A stretch of DNA of 64,000 bases from an uncultured Anaerolineales bacterium (lineage in GTDB: Bacteria; Chloroflexota; Anaerolineae; Anaerolineales; RBG-16-64-43): contig CAYGXJ010000118.1 of the NCBI GenBank assembly GCA_964353865.1, positions 2,049 to 66,048 of the forward strand, in the 5' to 3' direction. Positions 1-9,252 of the stretch are shown here, in pieces (the first letter of the stretch is position 1; each line of letters starts with the position of its first letter). The notes below the pieces were generated by a model. The model worked only from the letters and a program-made list of their open reading frames with translations. It did no database searches and was not told the origin of the DNA. The translations under genes were made by a program, and so were the position numbers.

Positions 1-285
1 CTGCACCTCACGCTGTGCACGCTGCATATCCAGCTCCCGGGCTGTCGCTCGCTCAAAGAAAAACGCGGGCGGCTGGCGCCGCTGTTGGCCGGCCTGCGCC
101 GCAGGTTCGAGTTGGCGGCCGCCGAGGTGGACGCGCAGGATGCATGGGCCTCAGCGGTCGTGGCCTGCGCCGTGGTGAGTACCGATGCCACCCACAACCG
201 GCGCGTTTTGCAGGCGGCACTGGAGTGGATTGGGTCTCATCAGACCGATATTGAGGTGAGTTCGACCTCGGTCGAGGACCGCTGA
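1..285 (+). CDS. DUF503 (YlxP-like) family protein, 5' end at or beyond the window edge
   Basis: Frame 1 is open from base 1: LHLTLCTLHIQLPGCRSLKEKRGRLAPLLAGLRRRFELAAAEVDAQD. The SLKEKR and AEVDxQD motifs are typical of DUF503. Confidence 0.8.
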   Translation: MHLTLCTLHIQLPGCRSLKEKRGRLAPLLAGLRRRFELAAAEVDAQDAWASAVVACAVVSTDATHNRRVLQAALEWIGSHQTDIEVSSTSVEDR

Positions 286-392
286 GGGAGAGGCGAGTCG
301 CTCGAGACGGGCAGGCTACCGACACCTCCTGAATGGGCCGCGCCGCGACGTCTTCGATTGCGGCGAACATGACTTTAAGGAAAGGATTGGCT

Positions 393-1184
393 ATGGACCT
401 CGGATTAGCTGGAGCGCGGGCGCTGGTGTGCGGCAGCAGCCGCGGACTTGGATTCGCGACCGCGAGCACCCTGGCCGCTGAGGGCGCGAGTGTGGCCATC
501 AACGGCCGCAACCCCGAACGCCTGGAAGAGGCTGCGCACCAACTGCGCTCATCCGCCACGGTCACGGTCGTTGCCCTGGCGGGCGATGTGGCTACACCCG
601 AAGGCCCGCGGGCGCTGGTGGCCCGCGCCGTCGCCGAGCTGGGAGGACTGGACATTCTGGTGACGAACTCGGGCGGGCCGCCGCCCGGCCGTTTCGATGA
701 GTTGGATGATGCCGCCTGGCAGGCTGCATTCGATTTGCTGGTCCTCAGCAGTGTGCGCCTGGTGCGGGCCGCTCTACCCGCATTACGTGCCTCACCCCGG
801 GCAGCCGTGCTGGCGGTCACGTCTTACGCGATCAAGCAGCCCCTGCCCAACCTGGTGCTTTCCAACTCGCTGCGCGCGGCCGTCGCCGGGCTCATGAAAT
901 CGTTGGCCCTTGAACTCGGTGGCCAGGGTATTCGTTTCAACTGCATTCTGCCCGCCTGGATCGACACCGAGCGAGTGCGTCAACTGATGCATGATCGGGC
1001 GCAGCGGGCGGGGAGTACAGCCGAGCAGGAAGCGCGCCAGCAGGCCAGCGAGAGCCCGTTTGGACGCATGGGGCAGCCGCAGGAGTTTGCCCGGGCGGCG
1101 GCCTTCTTGTGCTCGCCGGCCGCCTCATACATCACCGGCCTGATGCTGACGCTGGATGGCGGTATGCACAAGGGCTTGTTCTAA
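393..1184 (+). CDS. SDR family oxidoreductase
   Basis: MDLGL start after an AAAGGA ribosome-binding site; GSSRGLG Rossmann motif; NSGGPPPG; C-terminal YITG..LDGG. Confidence 0.9.
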   Translation: MDLGLAGARALVCGSSRGLGFATASTLAAEGASVAINGRNPERLEEAAHQLRSSATVTVVALAGDVATPEGPRALVARAVAELGGLDILVTNSGGPPPGRFDELDDAAWQAAFDLLVLSSVRLVRAALPALRASPRAAVLAVTSYAIKQPLPNLVLSNSLRAAVAGLMKSLALELGGQGIRFNCILPAWIDTERVRQLMHDRAQRAGSTAEQEARQQASESPFGRMGQPQEFARAAAFLCSPAASYITGLMLTLDGGMHKGLF

Positions 1185-1236
1185 CTCCAGGAATGCATGC
1201 CGCATGCCTGCCTCGCCGGGTCGCCGTTGCGGATTG

Positions 1237-1275
1237 CGACGGGGCTGACTATTCGAGTCAGGCCCGTCGTGTTTC
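1237..1275. terminator. Hairpin between the convergent SDR and mazG genes
   Basis: CGACGGGGCTGACT / AGTCAGGCCCGTCG inverted repeat (one mismatch) followed by TGTTT. Confidence 0.55.
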
Positions 1276-1299
1276 TCTATGTCGGATGGAGCGACCCAC

Positions 1300-2754
1300 T
1301 CAAGCGATGTGCCGCTTGGCTTCTTCCCACATCTTGTCCAGCTCCTCCAATTCAAGCGATCCAAGGGACACGCCTCGCGCGCGGGCCACGGCCTCCATCC
1401 TCTCGAAACGGCGGCGGAAGCGCTGGTTGGCCTCGCGCAATGCCGATTCCGGCTCCACCTTCACCCAGCGCGCGAGATTCACGACCGCGAACAGCAGGTC
1501 GCCGACCTCCTCGGCGCGTCGCACTTCATCGTCCGCGCCCTGCACCTCGCGTATCTCCTCTTGGACCTTGTCCAACACGCCGCCCAACTCGCGCCAGTCG
1601 AATCCTACCCGCGCCGCGCGCTGCTGAACCAGGTCTGCCTGGAGGAGTGCCGGCAGGCCGGCCGGGATTCCATCGAGCAGTCCCTGCCCGCTTTCGCCCC
1701 TGGCGCTGCGCTCGTCAGCCTTGATCGCTTCCCAGTTGCTGAGCACCTGCTCGACTCCTTCGACCGTCTTTCCGCCGAACACATGCGGATGGCGCCTGAC
1801 GATTTTCGTGTTGATATCCCGCACAACATCTGCCATGCGGAATTGGCCGCCCTCAGTTGCGATCTGGGTCTGCAGAATGATCTGCAAGAGCAGGTCGCCC
1901 AGTTCCTCCTGCAGGGCGCCGGCATCCTGGCGATCCAGGGCATCCAGCACTTCGTAACATTCTTCCTGCATGTGGGAGCGCAGGCTCAGATGGGTCTGCT
2001 CGCGGTCCCACGGGCAGCCCTCGGGTGCGCGCAGGTGGGCTACGGTTTCCTGGAATTGCTCGAGGGCCGAGGCCCCAAGGGGCGGAACGTAAAGCAAGGA
2101 AAGGTGATCCAGCCCGGGGTATCGATCGAGTTCAAAGAGCGGGAGGCGGGTGGTGCGCGCCTCGGACAAGCCGGCGTGCTGTACAACCTGCACGGGGTGT
2201 GTCTCAGGGTACTGGTTCATCAGCACCAGCTTGACATCGCTGGCTACTTCTGAGGAGTAGAGCTGGGCGACGATCGCATGTTGCGATGGCGGAAAGGGCG
2301 GATGGTGGAGTTGGGCCAGCTCAACGGCATCGGCCAGTACCACACCCGCCAACCCATCCAGGCCAAGCAGGTGCAGGGTCGGTTCGAGGTAGCTCACGCC
2401 CGGCAGGCAGCGCAACGCAAGGCCGGCCTCGGCCGCACGCGTGCGCAGCATCTCGACCGTGGCCTCGCCCATGTGCGGGTCGCCCGGCACAGCGTAGATC
2501 ACACCCTGCGGCCGGCGCGCCAGCTGGAGCACCTGATCCACGATGGCCGCATACACCTCTTCGAAGCGAGTGCGTCCCTCGTAGAGCGCATCGAGTGGGC
2601 GCCAGGGCAAGGCGGGAAGCGCCTCCACCGTGGGGTGGCGCGCGGTGCGCACCCATATTTCTTGGGCGCCGCCCAGCACCTTCCAGGCCGCACGGGTGAG
2701 GAGGCCTGGGTCGCCCGGACCCAGCCCGACGATTGTGATTCCTGAGTCGCTCAT
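1300..2754 (-). CDS. mazG: Tetrapyrrole methylase-like/MazG nucleoside triphosphate pyrophosphohydrolase (YabN-like)
   Basis: N-terminal IVGLGPGD and YAVPGDP; MazG motifs LRAPEGCPWDREQTH, EELGDLLLQ, RRHPHVFG, EEVGDLLFAVVNLAR. Confidence 0.92.
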   Translation of the reverse strand: MSDSGITIVGLGPGDPGLLTRAAWKVLGGAQEIWVRTARHPTVEALPALPWRPLDALYEGRTRFEEVYAAIVDQVLQLARRPQGVIYAVPGDPHMGEATVEMLRTRAAEAGLALRCLPGVSYLEPTLHLLGLDGLAGVVLADAVELAQLHHPPFPPSQHAIVAQLYSSEVASDVKLVLMNQYPETHPVQVVQHAGLSEARTTRLPLFELDRYPGLDHLSLLYVPPLGASALEQFQETVAHLRAPEGCPWDREQTHLSLRSHMQEECYEVLDALDRQDAGALQEELGDLLLQIILQTQIATEGGQFRMADVVRDINTKIVRRHPHVFGGKTVEGVEQVLSNWEAIKADERSARGESGQGLLDGIPAGLPALLQADLVQQRAARVGFDWRELGGVLDKVQEEIREVQGADDEVRRAEEVGDLLFAVVNLARWVKVEPESALREANQRFRRRFERMEAVARARGVSLGSLELEELDKMWEEAKRHIA

Positions 2755-2814
2755 ATTCTCGCCTGTCGTCTCCAACGCTGTCCCATTCTAGCAGCAGCGC
2801 GCCCACGGCGGGGG

Positions 2815-2847
2815 AAAGCAAAGGGTCGGGGACCGTCTCCCCGACCC
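2815..2847 (-). terminator. Intrinsic terminator of the ribosomal protein superoperon
   Basis: Perfect 10-bp stem GGGTCGGGGA / TCCCCGACCC followed by TTTGCTTT on the minus strand, just after rpsI. Confidence 0.7.
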
Positions 2848-2881
2848 ATCCAGTCATAATAGGATTGCCGACTGCGCCAGG

Positions 2882-3274
2882 TTAGCGCTTGGTGTAGGTC
2901 GGGGCCTTGCGGGCGCGCTTGAGGCCGGGCTTCTTGCGCTCCTTCATCCGGTTATCGCGCGTCATCAAGCCCTCCTTGCGCAGGGCCGGCTTGAAGGTCT
3001 CATCCATCTTGACCAGTGCGCGAGCCAGGCCCATGCATACGGCGCCGGCCTGCCCGGTCACGCCGCCACCCGACACATTGACTGTGACCGTGACCTGCGA
3101 TTCGCGTCCGGTGACGCGCAATGGAGACAGGCTCTTTTGCAGGTCGCCGTCGCGTGTGAAATACTCCTCCGCCGGCTTGCCATTGACGATGACCCCGCCG
3201 GCCGAGGCGACCACTCGCACACGCGCCGTGCTCTCCTTGCGTCGACCTACGCCTTCGTAGTATTGAGCTGCCAT
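2882..3274 (-). CDS. rpsI: 30S ribosomal protein S9
   Basis: MAAQYYEGVGRRKESTARVR...ERKKPGLKRARKAPTYTKR; this is the C-terminal part of the 2882..4027 ORF. Confidence 0.97.
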   Translation of the reverse strand: MAAQYYEGVGRRKESTARVRVVASAGGVIVNGKPAEEYFTRDGDLQKSLSPLRVTGRESQVTVTVNVSGGGVTGQAGAVCMGLARALVKMDETFKPALRKEGLMTRDNRMKERKKPGLKRARKAPTYTKR

Positions 3275-3303
3275 CGGTTCGTTATCCTTTCTCGTTGCCG
3301 CGG

Positions 3304-3738
3304 CTACTTGGCCGGCAGCGGCTTGGGCTGCTGCGCCTGATGAGGATGCTCGGCCTCGGCGTAGATCTTGAGCATCTTGATGACCTGGCGGCCGCGCTTG
3401 TTGTGAGGCAGCATGCCCCACACGGCGGCTCGCACCACGCGGTCCGGATGCTTGACCAATTGCTCTCGAAGAGAGATGGTCTTCAACCCGCCCGGATAAC
3501 CGGAATGGTGATAGTACATCTTCTCGGTCAGCTTCTTGCCCGTCACGCGCAGTTTGCCCGCGTTCACCACGACGACAAAATCGCCCAGCTCGACCCCCGG
3601 GGTGAAGGTGGGTTTGTGTTTGCCCAGCAAGACCCGCGCGATGCGGCTGGCCAACCGTCCGAGTATCTCCCCACTGGCATCTACCACAAACCAGTCGCGA
3701 GTGATCTCCCGCTCTTTGGGGTAATAGGTCTTTTCCAC
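3304..3738 (-). CDS. rplM: 50S ribosomal protein L13
   Basis: WFVVDASGEILGRLAS, GKHKPTFTP, YYHHSGYPGGLK; GTG start after GGAGAG. Confidence 0.97.
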   Translation of the reverse strand: MEKTYYPKEREITRDWFVVDASGEILGRLASRIARVLLGKHKPTFTPGVELGDFVVVVNAGKLRVTGKKLTEKMYYHHSGYPGGLKTISLREQLVKHPDRVVRAAVWGMLPHNKRGRQVIKMLKIYAEAEHPHQAQQPKPLPAK

Positions 3739-3753
3739 TTTTACTCTCTCCAA

Positions 3754-4548
3754 CTACAACGTTACGCTCAGCGCGCCGGTCGCAGGCGCTTCCGCCTCCA
3801 ACCCGTCCGGCACTTCGTAATCGATGCGCATCAGGCACAGGCCCTTGGCCGGAGCCGCAGGCCCGCCGTGCCCCGCCCCTGGCCGCCCGAACAGGTCGAG
3901 GAATTCCGCCTCGGCCAGCCGCCCTTGCCCCACCCGCACCAGGCTGCCGACCAGCATGCGCACCATGCGGTACAGGAAGGCATCCGCCTGGATGGTGAAC
4001 TCCAGCGCGCCCTCGATCGGGCGCCATTCGGTACGTGTCACGTGGCGCACGCTTGTGCCGCCGCGGCGTGGCGGCGTGCCAAACGCCGCGAAATCCTTGC
4101 GGCCGACGATTGCCGCGCTGACCCGCTCGAGAATGCCGCGCTCGAGTGCGGGCCAGATGCGCCAGGCATAGCGCTCGCCCAGCGGGTCCGCCTGCCGGCT
4201 CTCAATCACGCGGTAGCGGTAGGTGCGCCGTCGCGCACCATAGCGCGGGTGAAACTCGTTCGCCACCCGCGTCACCGCGCGGCAGCGCACGTTGCCTGGT
4301 AGCCGCGCATTGAGTGCCGGGGTCAGCGCTTCGGGCGGGTGCGACCAGTCGAGGTCGAAGGCCACCACCTGCCCCAGCGCATGTACGCCGGTGTCGGTGC
4401 GCCCAGCCGCCAGGAGATGCGCGCCCTGCCAGCCCAGCTCGCACAGGGCCTCTTCCAGCACTCCCTGGATGGTGCGCACGCCGGCCTGAATCTGGAAGCC
4501 GGCGTATTCCGTGCCATCGTAGGCCACAATCGCTTTGTAACGTTCCAC
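3754..4548 (-). CDS. truA: tRNA pseudouridine(38-40) synthase
   Basis: AYDGTEYAGFQ, AGRTDTGVHA, FLYRMVR. Confidence 0.96.
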   Translation of the reverse strand: MERYKAIVAYDGTEYAGFQIQAGVRTIQGVLEEALCELGWQGAHLLAAGRTDTGVHALGQVVAFDLDWSHPPEALTPALNARLPGNVRCRAVTRVANEFHPRYGARRRTYRYRVIESRQADPLGERYAWRIWPALERGILERVSAAIVGRKDFAAFGTPPRRGGTSVRHVTRTEWRPIEGALEFTIQADAFLYRMVRMLVGSLVRVGQGRLAEAEFLDLFGRPGAGHGGPAAPAKGLCLMRIDYEVPDGLEAEAPATGALSVTL

Positions 4549-4593
4549 GCCCCACCCAAGCGGGGAGAGCCGCAGCCCGCGCCGCCGTGCGGG

Positions 4594-4968
4594 CTAGCCT
4601 TCGACGAACTCGATCAGCACCAACTCGGCGGCATCGCCCAGGCGATGCCCCAGACGCAGGATGCGCGTGTACCCGCCGCTGCGCTTTTCGAAGCGCGGCG
4701 CGATCTCATCGAACAGGCGCTTGACCGCCTCCGGATTGCCCAGGCGCGAAGCGGCGATGCGCCGCGCATGGACCATCGTGCTGGCCTCGGCCTTGGCGTG
4801 CTTGGCCCGCGTGACCAGCTGTTCCACCTCGCCACGGATAGCCTGCGCCTTGGCGCGCGTGGTGCGAATTCGGTCGTTGAGGAGCAGCTGGTTGACGAGG
4901 GTCTTGCGCAGCGCCGTGCGCTGGCCACTCGACCGCCCCAGTTTCTTTCCGGCTACTTGGTGTCGCAT
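4594..4968 (-). CDS. rplQ: 50S ribosomal protein L17
   Basis: MRHQVAGKKLGR, RSGGYTRI. Confidence 0.97.
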   Translation of the reverse strand: MRHQVAGKKLGRSSGQRTALRKTLVNQLLLNDRIRTTRAKAQAIRGEVEQLVTRAKHAKAEASTMVHARRIAASRLGNPEAVKRLFDEIAPRFEKRSGGYTRILRLGHRLGDAAELVLIEFVEG

Positions 4969-4971
4969 GCT

Positions 4972-5946
4972 TTACTCCGTTGCGCTTGGCGCAGGGCTTT
5001 CTACACCACGCAGAAAGCCCTTCTCCTGCAGCTTCTCGCGCAGTTCTTCCAAGCTCTTGTCGCCGAAATTGCGGATCGAAAGCACGGCCTCATCCCCCTT
5101 GCCGAGCAGCTCGAGTACTTCCCCCACCGTGGTGATGCCCGTGCGCTTGAGCGAGTTGAACACGCGCACCGACAGGTCGAGCTGTTCGATGGGCGTCTCG
5201 AGGATCTCCGAGGAGATCTTGGGCACGGCGACTTCGCTGATCCCGGCCGTGAGCGTTTCTTCACTCACCCCGGCCAGGTCGCGCAGGTGGGCGATGAGAA
5301 TTTGCGCGCTCTGGCTCAGCGCTTCCTCTGGGCGATGGGTGCCGTCGGTCCAGATCTCGAGCACCAGCCGGTCGAAGTTGGTGTCTTGCCCGACTCGCGC
5401 CCGTTCCACGTCGAAATTGACCCGCCGCACCGGGCTGTAGATTGCGTCCACCGGCAGCTCGCCGATGGGCAAGCGGCCGCGCTCCTCCGAAGGGGAGTAG
5501 CCGCGCCCGTGCTGCACGGTGAACTCGATATCCAGCTGGGTCTTCGGATCATCGACCGTGAATAGGTAAAGGTCCGGGTTGACGATCTCGACCTCGGGCG
5601 GGACGACGACGTCGGCGGCGGTCACCGTGCCTTCGCCGCTCACTTCCAAGCGCAGGCGGGCCGTTTCGCCCGCCAGGAGCTTGAGCCGCATCTGCTTCAC
5701 CTGCAGCAGCAGCTGGGTCACGTCTTCCTTGACGCCGGGAATGCTCGAGAACTCATGCGGGACGTCGGAAATGCGGAGCGAGACCACCGCCGCGCTCTCC
5801 AGCGAGGAGAGCAGCACGCGCCGCAGCGCGTTGCCCAGCGTGATCCCATAGCCGCTCTCCAGCGGGCTGATGACGAAGCGCCCGTAATTCTGGGCCATCG
5901 CCTCCCGCTCGATCTTCGGCATGACCATGTTCGTAGTTGTGCCCAC
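4972..5946 (-). CDS. rpoA: RNA polymerase alpha subunit
   Basis: PLESGYGITLGNALRRVLLSS, VDAIYSPV, alpha-CTD LSVRVFNSLKR. Confidence 0.98.
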   Translation of the reverse strand: MGTTTNMVMPKIEREAMAQNYGRFVISPLESGYGITLGNALRRVLLSSLESAAVVSLRISDVPHEFSSIPGVKEDVTQLLLQVKQMRLKLLAGETARLRLEVSGEGTVTAADVVVPPEVEIVNPDLYLFTVDDPKTQLDIEFTVQHGRGYSPSEERGRLPIGELPVDAIYSPVRRVNFDVERARVGQDTNFDRLVLEIWTDGTHRPEEALSQSAQILIAHLRDLAGVSEETLTAGISEVAVPKISSEILETPIEQLDLSVRVFNSLKRTGITTVGEVLELLGKGDEAVLSIRNFGDKSLEELREKLQEKGFLRGVESPAPSATE

Positions 5947-6046
5947 CTGAACCCTCTCCTCCGGCGCACCCTGTCGAACCGCGCGCCAGACCTCTGGGCG
6001 TATGGCGAGATGGAGACGCCCGCGGCGGTCTCCCTCGAGCCGAGGT

Positions 6047-6688
6047 TTAGCGCGAGTAGAACTCGACGATCAACTGCTCGTTCAGCCGGATGTCGCTCAT
6101 CTCATGGCGCTCGGGCCGCTTCACCATCGTGCCCGAGAGGCGCCCCAGGTCGCGCTCCAGCCAGGACGGCACCAGGCGCCCTTCAGCGCTCTCCGCCAGG
6201 CTCGTGAAATAGGTGCGCGGGCGCGAGCCCTCGCGCACTTCCACCACGTCGCCCGGGCGCACCACCATCGAGGGCACGTCGGTGCGGCGGCCGTTGACGT
6301 TGAAGTGGCCGTGGGTGACGAGCACGCGCGCCTGGCCGCGGCTCTCGGCGTAGCCCAGGCGGTAGACGACATTATCCAGGCGCGATTCGAGCGTCTGCAA
6401 GAGGTTGAGGCCCGTCATACCGCGCTTCTTGAGCGCTTCGGAATAGTAGCGCCGGAACTGCGCTTCGAGCACGCCGTAGACGCGGCGCGCCTTCTGCTTT
6501 TCGCGCAGCTGGCGGGTGTAGTCCGACACGCGCTGGCGGCGGAATTGCGCATCCTTGCCGTGCATGCCGGGGGCAAACCCGCGCCGCTCGAAGGCGCACT
6601 TCGGGCTCAGGCAGCGTGAACCCTTGAGGAACAACTTCTCGCCCTCGCGGCGGCAGAGCTTGCAGACCGGTCCGATGTATTTCGACAT
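6047..6688 (-). CDS. rpsD: 30S ribosomal protein S4 (Zn-binding type)
   Basis: CKLCRREGEKLFLKG..C..C, LESRLDNVVYRLG, IVEFYSR. Confidence 0.98.
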   Translation of the reverse strand: MSKYIGPVCKLCRREGEKLFLKGSRCLSPKCAFERRGFAPGMHGKDAQFRRQRVSDYTRQLREKQKARRVYGVLEAQFRRYYSEALKKRGMTGLNLLQTLESRLDNVVYRLGYAESRGQARVLVTHGHFNVNGRRTDVPSMVVRPGDVVEVREGSRPRTYFTSLAESAEGRLVPSWLERDLGRLSGTMVKRPERHEMSDIRLNEQLIVEFYSR

Positions 6689-6716
6689 AGCGTATCCTTC
6701 CTTGCGCCGGACGTGC

Positions 6717-7115
6717 CTACACGCGGCGCTTCTTGGGCGGACGGCAGCCGTTGTGCGGCACGGGGGTCACGTCGCGGATCGAGCGCACGCGCAGCCCCAT
6801 GCCTTGAATGGCACGGATGGCCGCCTCACGGCCCGGGCCCGGGCCGTTGATGAACAGCTCGACTTCCTGCATGCCCATTTCCATCGCCGCCTTGGCCGCC
6901 TGCTGTGCCGCGAGCCTGGCCGCAAAGGGCGTGCTCTTGCGCGAGCCTTTGAAGCCCGAGGTGCCCGCGCTGGCCCAGGCGATGGCGTTGCCCTGGGTGT
7001 CGGTGAGGGTGACGATGGTGTTATTGAACGAGGCGTGAATGTGCGCCTGTCCAGAGGCCACCGTTCGCTTGCCCTTCTTCGAAGCGCGACCGACGCTCTT
7101 CGCTGCTTGTGTCAT
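6717..7115 (-). CDS. rpsK: 30S ribosomal protein S11
   Basis: [41 protein letters not shown]. Confidence 0.98.
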   Translation of the reverse strand: MTQAAKSVGRASKKGKRTVASGQAHIHASFNNTIVTLTDTQGNAIAWASAGTSGFKGSRKSTPFAARLAAQQAAKAAMEMGMQEVELFINGPGPGREAAIRAIQGMGLRVRSIRDVTPVPHNGCRPPKKRRV

Positions 7116-7249
7116 AGGTCCTCGCTATTCTTCCTGAACAACCACTCACTCCACGCCGCCTGCCCCGTGCCGGCCCGCAGCCGTTGGGGGGAAGGAGCCC
7201 CGGGGGCGCGGCAGCCAGCAGGCGGCGGACCCTCCGCCAAAAGATGCGG

Positions 7250-7639
7250 TTACTTCTTCTTCGCTCCGCGTCGGCGGCCGCGGCCGGCCACCGTCTTCTT
7301 GGGCCCCTTGCGCGTGCGCGAATTGGTGCGCGTGCGCTGCCCACGTGCCGGCAGGTTGCGCCGGTGGCGCAGCCCGCGGTAGCAGCCAATCTCCACCAGG
7401 CGCTTGATATTCATCTGCACCTCGCGGCGCAGATCGCCCTCCACGGTGAAGTTTTTGCCGATGTAGTCGCGCAGCGCCGTCACCTCGGCCTCCGTCAGAT
7501 CACGCACCCGTGTCTCGGGGCTGATCTTGGTGGCCTGCAGGATGCGCTGTGCCGTCGGCTGGCCGACCCCGAAGATATAGGTCAAGCCCACCTCAATGCG
7601 CTTCTCGCGCGGCAAGTCAACGCCTTCAATACGCGCCAT
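7250..7639 (-). CDS. rpsM: 30S ribosomal protein S13
   Basis: [30 protein letters not shown]. Confidence 0.98.
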   Translation of the reverse strand: MARIEGVDLPREKRIEVGLTYIFGVGQPTAQRILQATKISPETRVRDLTEAEVTALRDYIGKNFTVEGDLRREVQMNIKRLVEIGCYRGLRHRRNLPARGQRTRTNSRTRKGPKKTVAGRGRRRGAKKK

Positions 7640-7644
7640 GGCTC

Positions 7645-7758
7645 TTATCCCTGTCGCTGCTTGTGCTTCGGATTGTCACAAATCACATACACCTTGCCTG
7701 CCCGTCGAACGATCTTGCACTTCGGGCAGCGCCTGCGAACTGACGAAGATACTTTCAT
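7645..7758 (-). CDS. rpmJ: 50S ribosomal protein L36 (below the ORF-track length cutoff)
   Basis: Hand translation: [37 protein letters not shown]. Confidence 0.97.
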   Translation of the reverse strand: MKVSSSVRRRCPKCKIVRRAGKVYVICDNPKHKQRQG

Positions 7759-7798
7759 TGCCGCTCACGTCCTTTCTGCCTGCCCCTGCGCCCGCGCC

Positions 7799-8566
7799 TC
7801 ACTCCAGGGTGAGGATCAGCGGGCCATCCGCCGTCACGGCCACCGTATGTTCAAAATGCGCGGTCAACGACCCGTCGGCCGAGACCACCGTCCAGTGGTT
7901 GTCGAGCACCGCCGTTTCGTTGGTGCCCACCAGCACCATCGGCTCGAGGGCCAGGGTCATGCCCTCACGCAGCGGCACGCCGCGCCCGGCCTGCCCGTAG
8001 TTGGGCACTTGCGGGTCCTCGTGCATCGCCCGCCCGACCCCGTGGCCGGTGTAGTCGCGCACCACGTGAAACCCGGCGCGCTCGACCACCTCCTGAATCG
8101 CCGCCGACACATCGCCGGTACGATTTGCATCGACCATCTTTTGGATGCCGGCTTTGAGCGCCGCTTCGGTCACCCGCAGCAGCTTCTCGGCCAGCGTCGA
8201 AATCGATCCGAGCCCCACGCTGAACGCCGAGTCGCCGACGTATCCTTCAAACACCGTGCCGCAGTCTACGCTGACAACATCCCCCTCGCGCAACTTGCGC
8301 TTGCCGGGGATGCCGTGCACCAGCTCGTCGTTCACACTGACCGTGGTCACCGCCGGGAAGGGCGGTTCCCCATATCCGAGAAACGCCGGCTGCGCCCCAT
8401 GTTTGCGGATGACCTCCGCCGCAGCCTCATTGACGTCCGCGGTCGTGACTCCCGGGCGGATGACCGCGCGCGCCGCCGCCAACGCACGGGCATTGATTCG
8501 CCCGGCCTCGCGCATGATGGCCAGTTCGTCGGGCGTCTTGAGCGAGATGCCGCGCTTCCAGGGCAT
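7799..8566 (-). CDS. map: Methionine aminopeptidase type I
   Basis: SVNDELVHGIP, GHGVGRAMHEDPQVPN, AHFEHT. Confidence 0.97.
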   Translation of the reverse strand: MPWKRGISLKTPDELAIMREAGRINARALAAARAVIRPGVTTADVNEAAAEVIRKHGAQPAFLGYGEPPFPAVTTVSVNDELVHGIPGKRKLREGDVVSVDCGTVFEGYVGDSAFSVGLGSISTLAEKLLRVTEAALKAGIQKMVDANRTGDVSAAIQEVVERAGFHVVRDYTGHGVGRAMHEDPQVPNYGQAGRGVPLREGMTLALEPMVLVGTNETAVLDNHWTVVSADGSLTAHFEHTVAVTADGPLILTLE

Positions 8567-8568
8567 GC

Positions 8569-9225
8569 TCAGTTCGCCTTCAGCGCGGCCATGAGGTCCG
8601 CCGTCACATCCTCGATCGGCCGGTCGCCGTCAATCTCCACCAGCATTCCCTGGCCGCGATAGAATTCGATCAGCAGGGCCGTCTGCTCGCTGTACACCTG
8701 GATCCGCCGGCGAACGGTTTCCTCGCTGTCATCATCGCGTTGGTAAAGGTCCGATCCATCCACATCGCACGTTCCCGCGACGCGCGGCGGGTTGAGCATG
8801 CGGTGATACACGTGGCCTTTGGCCCGGCACGTCAGCCGCCCGGCCAGCCGGTCGACCAGCGTGGCCACGGGCGCCGTCACAAAGGGCACCAGGCGCAGGC
8901 AGCCGTGGCAGACTTGCTGCAGCGTCTGCTCGAGCGCCTCGGCCTGGGCCGTCGTGCGCGGGAAGCCATCCAGGATGGCGCCCCGGACGCAATCCGGCTG
9001 GGCCAACCGCTCGCGAACCATGGCGATCGTCACTTCATCCGGCACCAGCTCGCCGCGGTCGATGAAGCTCTGCGCCAGGCGCCCCAGCTCGCTCTTCTCA
9101 CGCATATGGTGGCGAAACAAGTCGCCCGTTGAAATGTGCGCTATCGCCAACTTCTGTGCCAACACCGCCGCCTGGGTTCCTTTGCCGGCACCCGGCGGGC
9201 CGAGCATCACGATGTAGAGCGACAT
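8569..9225 (-). CDS. adk: Adenylate kinase
   Basis: GPPGAGKGTQA, HISTGDLFR, LDGFPRT. Confidence 0.97.
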   Translation of the reverse strand: MSLYIVMLGPPGAGKGTQAAVLAQKLAIAHISTGDLFRHHMREKSELGRLAQSFIDRGELVPDEVTIAMVRERLAQPDCVRGAILDGFPRTTAQAEALEQTLQQVCHGCLRLVPFVTAPVATLVDRLAGRLTCRAKGHVYHRMLNPPRVAGTCDVDGSDLYQRDDDSEETVRRRIQVYSEQTALLIEFYRGQGMLVEIDGDRPIEDVTADLMAALKAN

Positions 9226-9252
9226 GTCGGGCCTCGTGGTCCAGCCCCGGCG

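Noticed and set aside
7116-7249. GC-rich intergenic spacers in the ribosomal operon (also 14360-14449 and 19692-19829) as ncRNAs or micro-insertion copies
   Set aside because: No shared repeat or clear match to the CCTGCCC...CCRGGG element could be established by eye.
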